DNA of 49,893 nucleotides from Oligoflexales bacterium (GTDB taxonomy: Bacteria; Bdellovibrionota_B; Oligoflexia; Oligoflexales; Bog-1112). The stretch lies in contig JBGCDR010000191.1 in NCBI GenBank assembly GCA_045105515.1, positions 1 through 49,893 on the forward strand, written 5' to 3'. This document shows, in pieces, positions 19,411 through 29,477 of this stretch (within the stretch, counting starts at the first letter, position 1; the number at the start of each line of letters is the position of its first letter). Position numbers and translations under genes: made by a program. Below the pieces are notes generated by a model. The model worked only from the letters and a program-made list of their open reading frames with translations, did not search any database and had not been told where the DNA came from.

Positions 19411-20565
19411 GTGAATATCATCCTTGACCCCGAAAACATTAATTGGAGCCAAGTAAAGCGCTTTGCATTCTTTTGCCTTGCAATAATCTTAAGCATAGTA
19501 TTCTTTGCAAATTTATATAAAGCTTTGTTGGTACCTATTTGTATTAGTTTGTTTCTAACTTACCTTTTGCTACCAGTCATTCACCATTTAGACCGCCTTA
19601 AAGTGCCGCGTGTTGTTAGCGTCTCGCTACTATTGCTGGCCACTCTAGCTGCAATCACATTTGCTATTTTTAAAATCATTCCCCCACTCTATCTAGAGCT
19701 TGTAAGCATCCTAAAGTTAGCTCCTAAAACTTATGAAACCTTCGCACGTGAGTGGCTCCCCCCGGTACGAGATCAGCTATTGAGCTGGGATGTGATCACA
19801 GTTGAAGAATGGAATAATTTTATTAGGGAAAGCAAAAACCTGACCCATCTCTCTGATCGGGTCAACCAAGCCCTTTCGACCATCTGGCATACTGCACCTC
19901 AGGTATTAGGCACTGTTATCAATATTGTTATGGTACCTCTCATAACTTTTTGCCTTCTCAAAGATTACGAGGAAATAAAGGCGCGTCTTCTCCAATTAAT
20001 CCCAAGAGACCTTCTAAGGCCTTTCAGAATATTTAGTTTTCGCGTTAGCGAAGCTCTTAGGGCTGTGATCAGAGGCCAAGCAATGGTTGCTGGTATTCTT
20101 GCGGTGCTCTATATCCTTGGTCTAAGCATCGTTGGCCTACAAGCTTCTTTCGTGATAGGGCTGATTGCTGGAGCCTGTAGAATCATCAATTACTTAGATG
20201 TGATCGTCGGTGGAACCTTGAGCCTTATGGTCATATTGTCCGACTTTCGGGGAATAGGGCAGCTTTTAGCTGTAGCTGGGGTTTTTTTAGTAGTTCAAAG
20301 CATTGACGGCATGTTTATAACCCCTAGGGTAATTGGTGATCGCGTGGGCCTGCACCCAGTGCTTGTCATCGTTTCAATCCTATCATTTGGTGATCTATTC
20401 GGCTTCTGGGGCGTACTGCTTGCAATCCCAGTTTTAGCTGTAGCAAAGGTTTTATGGTTTTCTGCAAAACCATTTTATATTGCCTCAAAGCCTTATGTAG
20501 GAACTCAAAGCCCTCCAAAGCCACTAGACCCATATGAGCAAGAGGAAGACACCACCACCAATTAA
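19411..20565 (+). CDS. AI-2E family (PerM/YhhT-like) transporter
   Basis: Multi-TM protein with PR.IGD.VGLHP and FG.LFGFWGVLLAIP. Confidence 0.92.
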   Translation: MNIILDPENINWSQVKRFAFFCLAIILSIVFFANLYKALLVPICISLFLTYLLLPVIHHLDRLKVPRVVSVSLLLLATLAAITFAIFKIIPPLYLELVSILKLAPKTYETFAREWLPPVRDQLLSWDVITVEEWNNFIRESKNLTHLSDRVNQALSTIWHTAPQVLGTVINIVMVPLITFCLLKDYEEIKARLLQLIPRDLLRPFRIFSFRVSEALRAVIRGQAMVAGILAVLYILGLSIVGLQASFVIGLIAGACRIINYLDVIVGGTLSLMVILSDFRGIGQLLAVAGVFLVVQSIDGMFITPRVIGDRVGLHPVLVIVSILSFGDLFGFWGVLLAIPVLAVAKVLWFSAKPFYIASKPYVGTQSPPKPLDPYEQEEDTTTN

Positions 20566-21296
20566 CGATGTGTCTTCTTGCTCTCCACCCTGTTTCCGAC
20601 TCCATCAATGATGAGCACAAAGTTTAGTTTTTTATGGCTCAGGTGCTTCGCCTGAATTTCTAAAGCTTCCAGAGGGGCACAAAAGTAAACTTCATCCTCC
20701 CCGGTGACATCTACTGCTAGAAAACCAGCTCTTTTCTTCGGAAAAATATCTTTGCAGGCTGAAAGTAAAGCTTTCAAACGGTAAGGGGTATCAAGCACAA
20801 TCAAAGCCTGCCCCATAGATGCATACTGTTTAATTTTCGCCATCCGTTTATCACTTTGCCTCGGTAGGAATCCTGCATAGAAGTATGAAGATAAATCAAA
20901 GGGGCAAGCTGATATAGCAGCTGTCACAGAACTGGGACCTGGAATGACCCGGATAGGAGCATTTAATTGATAAGCCACCTGTAGAATTGAGCGGCCTGGA
21001 TCTGCGAGAGAAGGACATCCCTGATCGCTCATATACGCAACACTTTTTCCTTTTTTCAAATAATTATATACTTGCTCTAAGGTTTCTTTTTGAATATGTT
21101 CCGAAAATTTGAGATATTCTCGATGTACCTTTGCTGCTTTTAGTGCTAATCGAGCTGGACGATCTTCTTCGAAAACAAGTAGGTCGGCTGTTGTAAGTGC
21201 GATTAAGGAACGCGCTGGGATGTCACGTTCATTACCTATGTGATTGGACAACATAAACAGAGTACCGCGGTCTTTTTTTAATTGTGATGTATCCAC
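20562..21296 (-). CDS. rsmI: RsmI-like tetrapyrrole-fold methyltransferase (16S rRNA C1402 2'-O-methyltransferase family)
   Basis: IGN..DI, SDQGCPSLADPG, IPGPSS, GFLP and TPYRL. Confidence 0.8.
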   Translation of the reverse strand: MDTSQLKKDRGTLFMLSNHIGNERDIPARSLIALTTADLLVFEEDRPARLALKAAKVHREYLKFSEHIQKETLEQVYNYLKKGKSVAYMSDQGCPSLADPGRSILQVAYQLNAPIRVIPGPSSVTAAISACPFDLSSYFYAGFLPRQSDKRMAKIKQYASMGQALIVLDTPYRLKALLSACKDIFPKKRAGFLAVDVTGEDEVYFCAPLEALEIQAKHLSHKKLNFVLIIDGVGNRVESKKTHR

Positions 21297-21417
21297 AAAA
21301 GCCTCATAAGGTATTAATAAATAAAAGTTTTAGCTGTTTAAGGCTTGGCAATCAGTAAAAATTGCTCATGATAGCAAAATTAAGTTGCACCATTAAAAAG
21401 ATAGGTAAACTACCAAG

Positions 21418-22185
21418 ATGTTGCATGACTCTCAACCAACAGAACTTAAAAAAAAAATATTCACTCAAGGCCTCCCAGAACACGTGGCCATCATTATGGA
21501 CGGAAATGGTCGCTGGGCGCAGGATAGAAGAAAGCCTAGAGTTTGGGGACACAAAAAAGGAGTTGAGAGCGTCCGAGAAGTGGTAAAAGCCGCAGGAGAG
21601 CTTGGAATAAAATTTCTAACTCTGTATGCCTTTAGCGAAGAAAATTGGGGAAGACCACAGTCGGAAATTACAGGTATTATGGCTTTGCTTGACACCTTCG
21701 TAGTCAGAGAGCGCAAAGAACTTTTTGAAAAGAATGTGTGCCTAAAAACCATTGGTCACTTGGAAAAACTTCCCGCAAAGACCCGAAAACTTGTTCAAGA
21801 AACAGTCAACTATCTTAATAAAAATGATGGGTTAAACCTTACTATAGCCCTCAGCTACGGAGCACGCACCGAAATTAGTGAAGCATGCCGAAGCATTGCC
21901 GAAAAGGTCAAGAATAGCGAGATCGAGCTTAGTGAAATTGACCCTGATCTTTTTGGCCAACATCTTTCTACCAAAGCAATCCCAGACCCTGACCTATTAA
22001 TCCGCACAAGTGGTGAACAACGCATTTCAAATTTTTTGCTTTGGCAAATAGCTTATAGTGAACTATGGTTTTCACCCGTGTATTGGCCGGACTTTAGGCG
22101 TCAGCATTTTTTGGATGCCATACAATCCTATAATAATAGGAAACGTCGATTCGGCTTAGTTGAATCAGTCCAGGCTCCTATTTAG
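21418..22185 (+). CDS. uppS: Undecaprenyl diphosphate synthase
   Basis: HVAIIMDGNGRWA, YAFS.ENW.R and DLLIRTSGEQRISNFLLWQ. Confidence 0.97.
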   Translation: MLHDSQPTELKKKIFTQGLPEHVAIIMDGNGRWAQDRRKPRVWGHKKGVESVREVVKAAGELGIKFLTLYAFSEENWGRPQSEITGIMALLDTFVVRERKELFEKNVCLKTIGHLEKLPAKTRKLVQETVNYLNKNDGLNLTIALSYGARTEISEACRSIAEKVKNSEIELSEIDPDLFGQHLSTKAIPDPDLLIRTSGEQRISNFLLWQIAYSELWFSPVYWPDFRRQHFLDAIQSYNNRKRRFGLVESVQAPI

Positions 22186-22223
22186 ACTAATTGGTAAATA
22201 ATAGCAGCCGAAGGTTTAAGTAT

Positions 22224-23081
22224 ATGTTAAAGCACCGAGTTCTTACAGCCGCCATCGGCCTGCCCCTACTTCTTGCCAGTCTTATTACACTGCCCCCACT
22301 TTATGTATGCATTGTTTTTCTCCTTAGTGTTGCTTTCTCGGTTTACGAGATTGGTAAGATGCTATACCCAGCCTTTATTCGGAAGTTTCATCCAAACAAC
22401 ACCAGCGATTTAGAGTACACCCATGTGTGGACTTGGTTCTGCCTGTCTGCTGCTTGTCTGATGTTTTCTGTATCGACCATGCTGGATCTTTCAGGAACCG
22501 AGCGCGGTGGGATCATTGCCGTCATGAATTTAGTCATTCTAGTGGGAACTTTTACAGGCCCAAACATAGATCAGTCCATTATAAGGATAACTTGTGTTTT
22601 AATAAGCTTATGCTATGGTTGCCTTCCTTGGCTAACCATATGGGACCTATATTTAATGGGTGAGCATGCCTCTTATGTACTTCTACTACTCTCCATTGTT
22701 ATGATGGGTGATACGGGCGCCTATTTTGCTGGCAAACACTTGGGTAAGCACAAACTAGCGCCGAGGTTCTCGCCGAAGAAAACCTGGGAAGGAGTTTTTG
22801 GCGGATTATTGGCCAGTATTGTTGGGGTTCTGAGTATAAATGCCATTTTCGATTTTTCGCTAGGTCCATGGTGGCTGATGGTCATTTTAGCAGTAGTTGG
22901 TGGAATTGCAGGAGTCATGGGAGATTTAGTGGAAAGCTCTTTTAAGAGATTTGCTGAAGTGAAGGATTCCGGGAGCATTTTTCCAGGACATGGCGGATTT
23001 CTCGATCGAGTAGACTCTGTGTTATTTGCCGCACCAATCTGCTGGTTAATACTTTATACCTACAAAATTATCGCGGTTTAA
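22224..23081 (+). CDS. cdsA: Phosphatidate cytidylyltransferase
   Basis: DTGAYF.G, SPKKTWEG and GDLVES..KR...KDSG..FPGHGG.LDR.DS. Confidence 0.96.
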   Translation: MLKHRVLTAAIGLPLLLASLITLPPLYVCIVFLLSVAFSVYEIGKMLYPAFIRKFHPNNTSDLEYTHVWTWFCLSAACLMFSVSTMLDLSGTERGGIIAVMNLVILVGTFTGPNIDQSIIRITCVLISLCYGCLPWLTIWDLYLMGEHASYVLLLLSIVMMGDTGAYFAGKHLGKHKLAPRFSPKKTWEGVFGGLLASIVGVLSINAIFDFSLGPWWLMVILAVVGGIAGVMGDLVESSFKRFAEVKDSGSIFPGHGGFLDRVDSVLFAAPICWLILYTYKIIAV

Positions 23082-23095
23082 AGGAGCACTTTTTA

Positions 23096-24871
23096 ATGTC
23101 GTTTTTGGCCTCCAACCCCGTCCTAGCTGTCTTATTTTTTATTGCAGTGCTTGTTTTTGTTCATGAAACAGGACATTTCCTAGTAGGTAAACTATTTGGT
23201 ATCGGTGTAGAAATATATTCAATCGGATTTGGACCTAAAATCTTTGGGTTTGAACACGAAGGTACCGAATACAAGCTTTGTGCACTTCCTTTGGGAGGGT
23301 ACGTAAAATTTGCAGGAGCCTTAAAGTCCGAGGAGGTTCCTGAAAGGTTTAAAGGCAAAGAAATGTACCGTGCTTCAGTATTGGCACGCGCTGCAACTAT
23401 TATGGCCGGACCTGCTGCAAACTTGTTACTGGCTATGGGTATTTATACTATTAACGCTTCCGTCGGAATCGAGCACCCGCCCTCCATCATTGGCATGGTT
23501 ATGCCACGAGGTCCTGCTGACACAGCTGGCTTCCAATCTGGAGACCATGTGATTTCAATCGGTGATCAAGCTATCAATAGCTGGAATGAGTTGCGGGAAG
23601 AAGTTTCTCAGTCTCATGGCAAGCCTCTGAAAATTTCCGTAATGCGAGAAGGTGAGACCATATCCTTACAGGTCACACCTCAGGTCCATGAAGCCGAAAA
23701 TATAATGGGAGAAAAAGTCAAACAAGGTCGCATTGGAATCTCATTCGGACTAGTTCCTCCAATCTTGACTCCCTTGCCCCTTGCCAAAACTCTGACTCTA
23801 CCTGAGCACAGTGATTCAAACCTCAAGGTAGGAGATCAAGTCCATAAGCTGACTTTTGCTCAGCCTGATGGCCAACTAAGTGAAGAAATAACTATCAATA
23901 CTTGGCCCAACTTACTAACAGCTCTAGATAAAGCTTATAAGGGCAATTCTAAAAGCTTGCAATTAACACTGAATCAAGCTCCTGTTCCAGGTGAAAAAAA
24001 GCAACAGCAAGAAACCGAAAAGCTTATAAAATTAAGTACGAAACCTTGGTATGAAGAAAAAAACCAGGCAAAACTTGATGCTAGCACTGGCTCTTCTGCC
24101 AGACAGCAATTCCTAGCTCGTTTGCTCGGTCTACGAGATGCGCAAATCACCGTTGCCAGCCCTAGACCGCCTCTTGATGGCAATATTAAGCAAGGTGACC
24201 ATATTTTAGCTGTCAATGGCCATGAAGTTGACAATATATTTACATTGATGGAGACCTTCCAAGACAACAAGAGTGAGAAAATCAGTATTAAGGTCTTAAG
24301 AGAAGGCGAGGAAGTTGAAGTTGAAGCCCCTTTAAAACCTGTGGAAGTGCAAAAAGCAGCAGGGAAAGATATTTATTACCAGTTTAATGCTGTGTTTTGG
24401 GGTCAAGCACAAGCTCCTCCACCGTATATAGAAGAATACTCTAATCCTTTCTCTGCACTTTGGTATGGATTCAAAGAGACTGCAGAAAAATCAGGTGCTA
24501 TTGTTGGTGCCATTGCTGGACTGATCACTGGTAACTTACCTTTAAAAGCTCTTGGTGGCCCAATGTTGATAGCTAAGGTTGCGGGTGATGCGGCTGAAGC
24601 TGGCTGGCAGGTCTTCTTTACGACCATGGCTCTTATCAGTATAAACCTGGGGATGCTCAACCTCTTCCCAATACCAGCATTGGATGGAGGCCAACTTCTT
24701 TTGGTTTTTGCCGAAGGTGTGAGGCGCAAGCCGCTAAGCGAAGTAGCTATGGAGAATTTTCAGCGCATTGGTTTTGTGATGATTATGGCGTTAGTTGTTT
24801 TAGCCACGTATAATGATCTGAGCCGTTTTTGGGCATCGATGCTCCGTGGGGTGACGGGAATGTTTGAATAA
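23096..24871 (+). CDS. rseP: RIP metalloprotease RseP (M50) with PDZ domains
   Basis: HETGH, LPLGGYV, AGP.AN, NLFPIPALDGG and PDZ repeats. Confidence 0.95.
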   Translation: MSFLASNPVLAVLFFIAVLVFVHETGHFLVGKLFGIGVEIYSIGFGPKIFGFEHEGTEYKLCALPLGGYVKFAGALKSEEVPERFKGKEMYRASVLARAATIMAGPAANLLLAMGIYTINASVGIEHPPSIIGMVMPRGPADTAGFQSGDHVISIGDQAINSWNELREEVSQSHGKPLKISVMREGETISLQVTPQVHEAENIMGEKVKQGRIGISFGLVPPILTPLPLAKTLTLPEHSDSNLKVGDQVHKLTFAQPDGQLSEEITINTWPNLLTALDKAYKGNSKSLQLTLNQAPVPGEKKQQQETEKLIKLSTKPWYEEKNQAKLDASTGSSARQQFLARLLGLRDAQITVASPRPPLDGNIKQGDHILAVNGHEVDNIFTLMETFQDNKSEKISIKVLREGEEVEVEAPLKPVEVQKAAGKDIYYQFNAVFWGQAQAPPPYIEEYSNPFSALWYGFKETAEKSGAIVGAIAGLITGNLPLKALGGPMLIAKVAGDAAEAGWQVFFTTMALISINLGMLNLFPIPALDGGQLLLVFAEGVRRKPLSEVAMENFQRIGFVMIMALVVLATYNDLSRFWASMLRGVTGMFE

Positions 24872-24966
24872 AACCACAGTCTATCTGTTATCAGTTAGTA
24901 GATTTTCCCCCACTATATAGAGTTCCAAAAGGTCCCCAACTATCTATGTATTAAGGTTGTTTTGGT

Positions 24967-25716
24967 ATGAGCCTAGGTCTATTAATCGACACCAGTATGT
25001 TAGGTGTTAGCCTCGCCATATGTGACTTTGGCGCAGGTAAAGAATTAAAGTGGAAGTACAGTCACCCGCAGCAGTATGGTTCTGCTGTCATGCTCTCTCA
25101 ACTTTACCAGCAAGGTTTAAAGGAGACCGGGCTTCATTCTAGAGATATCAGCAAGCTCTTGGTTTCAAATGGACCTGGCTCGTTCACTGGAATAAAAATT
25201 GGTTTATCTTGGGCGTATGGTCTTGGCATCGCAAACCCAGAAATCGAATGGCAAGCAGTTTCATCTTTAGCTGCAACTGCATACCATCTAAGTGAACGAG
25301 ACGGCAAGAATCAGCCCTTAATTGTTTTTCTACCTAGTACTAAAACCCATGGATATATGGCTTGTATGGAGCCTCTAAGTGGTAAAGTAAAAACTAGCCT
25401 CGTACAAGCTGAGCATGATGAAGGCCCATACGGTTCACTATTAAAGCTCTCCACATCTGCAAGAATTTATTGGGCAGGACAGTGGGATAAAATGCAAGCT
25501 TACTTGAGTACACAAGGTATAGAGCAGGTTAGCCTCACTCCTTCTCAATTGCTAGAAGCGGGTGTTTACGGAATGCTTAAACTTGCTATTAATAATCAAA
25601 TCAATGCTTGGAGTAAGCAGTTTCCAACTCCTAATTATTTAAGAAAATCTACAGCAGAAGAACGTCTAGAAGCACAGAAAAAGGGGGCTTTATTAAATAA
25701 TGAAAAAGTCAATTAG
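24967..25716 (+). CDS. tsaB: tRNA t6A biosynthesis protein TsaB
   Basis: L.IDTS, GPGSFTGIKIG and C-terminal P.YLR.S.AE. Confidence 0.9.
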   Translation: MSLGLLIDTSMLGVSLAICDFGAGKELKWKYSHPQQYGSAVMLSQLYQQGLKETGLHSRDISKLLVSNGPGSFTGIKIGLSWAYGLGIANPEIEWQAVSSLAATAYHLSERDGKNQPLIVFLPSTKTHGYMACMEPLSGKVKTSLVQAEHDEGPYGSLLKLSTSARIYWAGQWDKMQAYLSTQGIEQVSLTPSQLLEAGVYGMLKLAINNQINAWSKQFPTPNYLRKSTAEERLEAQKKGALLNNEKVN

Positions 25717-26542
25717 ACCACGAATTGGTGGTGCCGTTTACATCCTTCCTAATCTATTAACCTCGGGGAATTTATACTTCGGGTATTTTTCAATCGTAAA
25801 ATCCATGCAAGGAGACTTTGGCTGGGCTGCAGGAGCAATCCTTTTAGCAGCAATTTTTGATGTCCTCGATGGACGAGTTGCTAGGCTAACAAATGGAACC
25901 AGTGAGTTCGGTGTACAGTATGATTCCCTATGCGACCTAATTTCTTTCGGACTTGCCCCAGCAATAATGATGTACCAATATAGCCTCCACGGTCTTGGTC
26001 GTATTGGGTGGATTTTTTGTTTTATTTTTTTAGCATGTGGTGCCCTACGCCTTGCTAGATTTAATGTTCAAAGTTCAATAGGCAAGGCTGAAGGTGATTT
26101 TACCGGGCTTCCAATCCCCATGGCAGCTGGAGTTGTAGCCTGCTTTGTTGGCTTTATGGCAGATGTGGATGATGCTGAAGGAAAACAGCTTTGGGTGATG
26201 AGGCAAATATATGGTTTTTTTTCAAGCGAAGAAGTAAGACAAGGTTTCTTCCTAATTATGGCACCTTTGTTGGCCTTTTTAATGGTGAGCAATGTAGCTT
26301 ATAGGTCCCATAAATCTTTCAAAATCAAAGGTATTAAACCATTTAGGTTTCTTGCTTTGTTGGTGGTCACCTTTGGGTTGGTAGCATATAAACCGCCACT
26401 ATTTGGTTTTTTATTTTTCTTTCTTTATGCCATGAGTGGGATTTTTGAGTGGGTAGTGGGTTGGAAACAACCTACCGACGATGACGAAATTTTCCAACCT
26501 CACGAAGAGGGAACCTTTATGGAACCTAAATCAAGGGACTGA
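25700..26542 (+). CDS. pssA: CDP-diacylglycerol--serine O-phosphatidyltransferase
   Basis: LPNLLT, DVLDGRVAR...SEFG...DSLCD and LRLARFN. Confidence 0.95.
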   Translation: MKKSIRPRIGGAVYILPNLLTSGNLYFGYFSIVKSMQGDFGWAAGAILLAAIFDVLDGRVARLTNGTSEFGVQYDSLCDLISFGLAPAIMMYQYSLHGLGRIGWIFCFIFLACGALRLARFNVQSSIGKAEGDFTGLPIPMAAGVVACFVGFMADVDDAEGKQLWVMRQIYGFFSSEEVRQGFFLIMAPLLAFLMVSNVAYRSHKSFKIKGIKPFRFLALLVVTFGLVAYKPPLFGFLFFFLYAMSGIFEWVVGWKQPTDDDEIFQPHEEGTFMEPKSRD

Positions 26543-26565
26543 AAATCAACTTAAGGAGGAGTACC

Positions 26566-27597
26566 GTGAGGATCGGAGTTATTGGTGCAACTGGTGCAGT
26601 TGGACGTGAAATGGTTGATGAGTTAGCAGAAAGCTCGGTTCCAAATGATGCAAAAGTAGAGCTGTTCGCTTCTCCTCGATCGGAGGGCGAGACCATAGCT
26701 TTCCGTGGACAATCCCTAAAAGTTAGAGCCTATAGTCTAGAGAATGTTAAGGGCTGTGATTATATCCTTATGAGTGCTGGAGGCACATTCTCAAAAACTC
26801 ACAGCCCAGCTATAAGCTCACAGGGTGCTGTTGTGATTGACAATAGTAGTGCTTTCCGAATGGACCCAAATGTTCCTTTGCTTATCCCAGAAGTTAATGG
26901 TGCTGTTTTGAAAGGATTCAAGCAAGGAATCATTGCAAATCCTAACTGTTCAACCATTCAAATGCTTGTCGCAGTAAACCCCCTAAAAGAAAAATTTGGG
27001 TTAAAGATGATCGTGGTGGCAACCTACCAGTCTGTATCAGGGAGCGGTCAAAAGGGGATCAAAGAGCTTTCTGAACAACTGCAAAACTACCTTAAGTTTG
27101 AGACTCCATCCCATGAATTATATCCGCAACCCATTGCATCTAATGTTCTTTCGGCAATCGGTTCTTTTGAAAGTGGGAAAAACTGTGAAGAAGAACTAAA
27201 AATGGTAAATGAGACCCATAAGATTTTAGATCTGCCCAAGCTTCCGATACTTGCTACAACTGCTCGGGTCCCGGTTTTCGCTTGTCATAGCGAAGCAATC
27301 AATATCCAGCTTGAGCAAGAAGTAGACTTGGAAGAAATCAAAAGGGTTTTTGTAGAAGCTCCAGGCTTGGATTTCAATGATTCTACATCCCAAGCCGACT
27401 TACCCAGCCCTTTCCACTGCACTGGCAAAAAGGGGGTTTTCGTATCACGACTTAGAAGCCTCTTCGGTAAGTCACGTTCAGAGTGGATTCAATTTTGGAA
27501 TGTAGCTGATAACCTCAAAAAAGGGGCTGCTACTAATGCTGTACAAATTCTAGAGTTGCTATTAAGAAACATGTCTTCTGCTGAAAAGAGGTCATAA
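26566..27597 (+). CDS. asd: Aspartate-semialdehyde dehydrogenase
   Basis: GATGAVG, IDNSSAFRM, NPNCST, TYQSVSGSG and DNLKKGAA.NAVQI. Confidence 0.96.
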   Translation: MRIGVIGATGAVGREMVDELAESSVPNDAKVELFASPRSEGETIAFRGQSLKVRAYSLENVKGCDYILMSAGGTFSKTHSPAISSQGAVVIDNSSAFRMDPNVPLLIPEVNGAVLKGFKQGIIANPNCSTIQMLVAVNPLKEKFGLKMIVVATYQSVSGSGQKGIKELSEQLQNYLKFETPSHELYPQPIASNVLSAIGSFESGKNCEEELKMVNETHKILDLPKLPILATTARVPVFACHSEAINIQLEQEVDLEEIKRVFVEAPGLDFNDSTSQADLPSPFHCTGKKGVFVSRLRSLFGKSRSEWIQFWNVADNLKKGAATNAVQILELLLRNMSSAEKRS

Positions 27598-28493
27598 TGA
27601 AAAAATATAAGCTTAAAGTAATGGCTTGCCTCACAGTAATGGCTTGCTCAAGCATAGCTTCTGGAGTGACTCGTTTAAATGAAGAAAACCCGGACTCATA
27701 TGGAAAGCTGAACGGAATAGAATCAGATGCCACCGGGAATGTAAATAATGGTTATGCTTCAAAAAAAAATCATTACAATTTGAGAATAGGAGTCTCGAAA
27801 GTAAGCTTCCCCGAAGTCAATTATTTTGAGGCATTTTACGGAAGCTCTCCTTTGCAATTTAGCATGAGTTCTGACTGGCAGTACTTCGCAACCAGTTTCC
27901 TTAATTTAGGAATCGGAGGACAGTTGTCCTACGTCAATATCGGAGGAAAACAAAAAGTCAATCCCAATGTAAGCGACCCTGATCCTGGTGAATTGCAAGA
28001 TGCAGAAGGAAAACTTAGTTTAACTATGATTCCTTATCAAATTTTATTAACTGCGAGTTTTAAACCCTTTGGAACAGGTTCCTTTCTATCTGTAGATTTT
28101 TGGCTGGGTTACGAAGAACTATTCTACCAAGAAGTGAGGCTACAAAGTAGCCCGACAAGTGGCGAACCCACTAGCTCATCAGCACTTAATGCTGTAAGTA
28201 CACCAAGTTCTAAGTCAAGCAATTCTACAGCAAATAAAAGCATCGTTAATACTGGCTGGAACAATGGAATTGTTGCCGGAGTTTCCTTGAATTTTCTGTT
28301 GAATAAATTGGAGGAAAAGAACGTAGGTTCTATGAAGCGTAGCATGGGCTTGGGAGCGATTTACTTGTCTCCTTATTTTGAAGTCGTTAACAAACTTGGT
28401 GGAAAACTGCTTATTGCACAGCAAGATTCCAACGATATTTCGTTTGCACATCGGAACATTGGCCTGGCTTTTACCTTTAAGACCGCTCCATAA
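27597..28493 (+). CDS. Putative outer-membrane beta-barrel protein
   Basis: Signal peptide, alternating hydrophobic/aromatic strands, an S/T-rich loop and a terminal strand IGLAFTF. Confidence 0.6.
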   Translation: MKKYKLKVMACLTVMACSSIASGVTRLNEENPDSYGKLNGIESDATGNVNNGYASKKNHYNLRIGVSKVSFPEVNYFEAFYGSSPLQFSMSSDWQYFATSFLNLGIGGQLSYVNIGGKQKVNPNVSDPDPGELQDAEGKLSLTMIPYQILLTASFKPFGTGSFLSVDFWLGYEELFYQEVRLQSSPTSGEPTSSSALNAVSTPSSKSSNSTANKSIVNTGWNNGIVAGVSLNFLLNKLEEKNVGSMKRSMGLGAIYLSPYFEVVNKLGGKLLIAQQDSNDISFAHRNIGLAFTFKTAP

Positions 28494-28518
28494 AAACCCA
28501 CCTTTTGGAAAAAATACT

Positions 28519-29406
28519 ATGGGAAGCCAAGATAGAATAAAAATTCAGGAAGACCTTGTAAAAACTGAAGGGCAAGCCTACCGTATTGACCTTTCCTACA
28601 TCGGAACACCATTTAACGGCTTCCAATCACAGGTTTCCAAAAACGGGATACAAGATCACTTAGAGAAAGCCTTAAGAACTTTTTTAAACCATGATCTCAG
28701 AGTTAGGGGGGCTTCCCGAACCGATAGTGGAGTACATGCCCACCACCAAGTAGCACTTTTTCGTACAAAGGTTCCTTATTCACCTAGATGGTTACTTAGT
28801 TTAAATGCTCTCACACCCATAGAAATTGGTATCCAAAAGCTTTGCCCAGTAGACCATTTTTTCGATCCGATTTTTGATTCGAAAGGAAAAGCATACCGAT
28901 ACCGTCTCTGGCAAGGAAGGTGCTTTAATCCTTTTACCCAATCTTTTGTGTGGCCTGTACATCAATCAATAGACCTAAAGCTATTAGCTAAAGAGGCGGC
29001 AGACTTTATCGGAACTCATGATTTTAATGCATTTTGCAATAAAGATTCTGATGCCAAGACTACAATCCGCAAGATTTTCGACGTGAAATGTGATGAGCGT
29101 GGTCCAATGATCGATATTTGGATCACTGGCGAGGGTTTTCTCAAGCAAATGGTGCGGATAATGGTAGGCACATTAGTCGCAGTTATGCAGGGCCACCTTC
29201 CCCCTGGGAGCATCAGAAATTTGCTTGCTGGCGGCTTGGAGCGGAAGTTAGCAGGGATGACTGCACCAGCAAAAGGCTTAGCCTTAGTAGAAGTTTTTTA
29301 TAATGAAGTCGGGCAATTAGACAAAATTATTAGCAAGTGCGGAACCCATTTTTGCTTTCCTTATTACGATGACCACCTTGGTATACTAGCTGCTGGGCAA
29401 AAATAA
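28519..29406 (+). CDS. truA: tRNA pseudouridine(38-40) synthase
   Basis: Y.GT.F.GFQ.Q, ASRTDSGVHA, GTHDF.AF, FL.QMVR..VG and TAPA.GL. Start moved to ATG 28519. Confidence 0.96.
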   Translation: MGSQDRIKIQEDLVKTEGQAYRIDLSYIGTPFNGFQSQVSKNGIQDHLEKALRTFLNHDLRVRGASRTDSGVHAHHQVALFRTKVPYSPRWLLSLNALTPIEIGIQKLCPVDHFFDPIFDSKGKAYRYRLWQGRCFNPFTQSFVWPVHQSIDLKLLAKEAADFIGTHDFNAFCNKDSDAKTTIRKIFDVKCDERGPMIDIWITGEGFLKQMVRIMVGTLVAVMQGHLPPGSIRNLLAGGLERKLAGMTAPAKGLALVEVFYNEVGQLDKIISKCGTHFCFPYYDDHLGILAAGQK

Positions 29407-29477
29407 ATGATGCTCAAAAATGTCCATATCACTGTAATATTATGAAGTAAGTATGGAGGCTTCTTAGGATTACAAAG

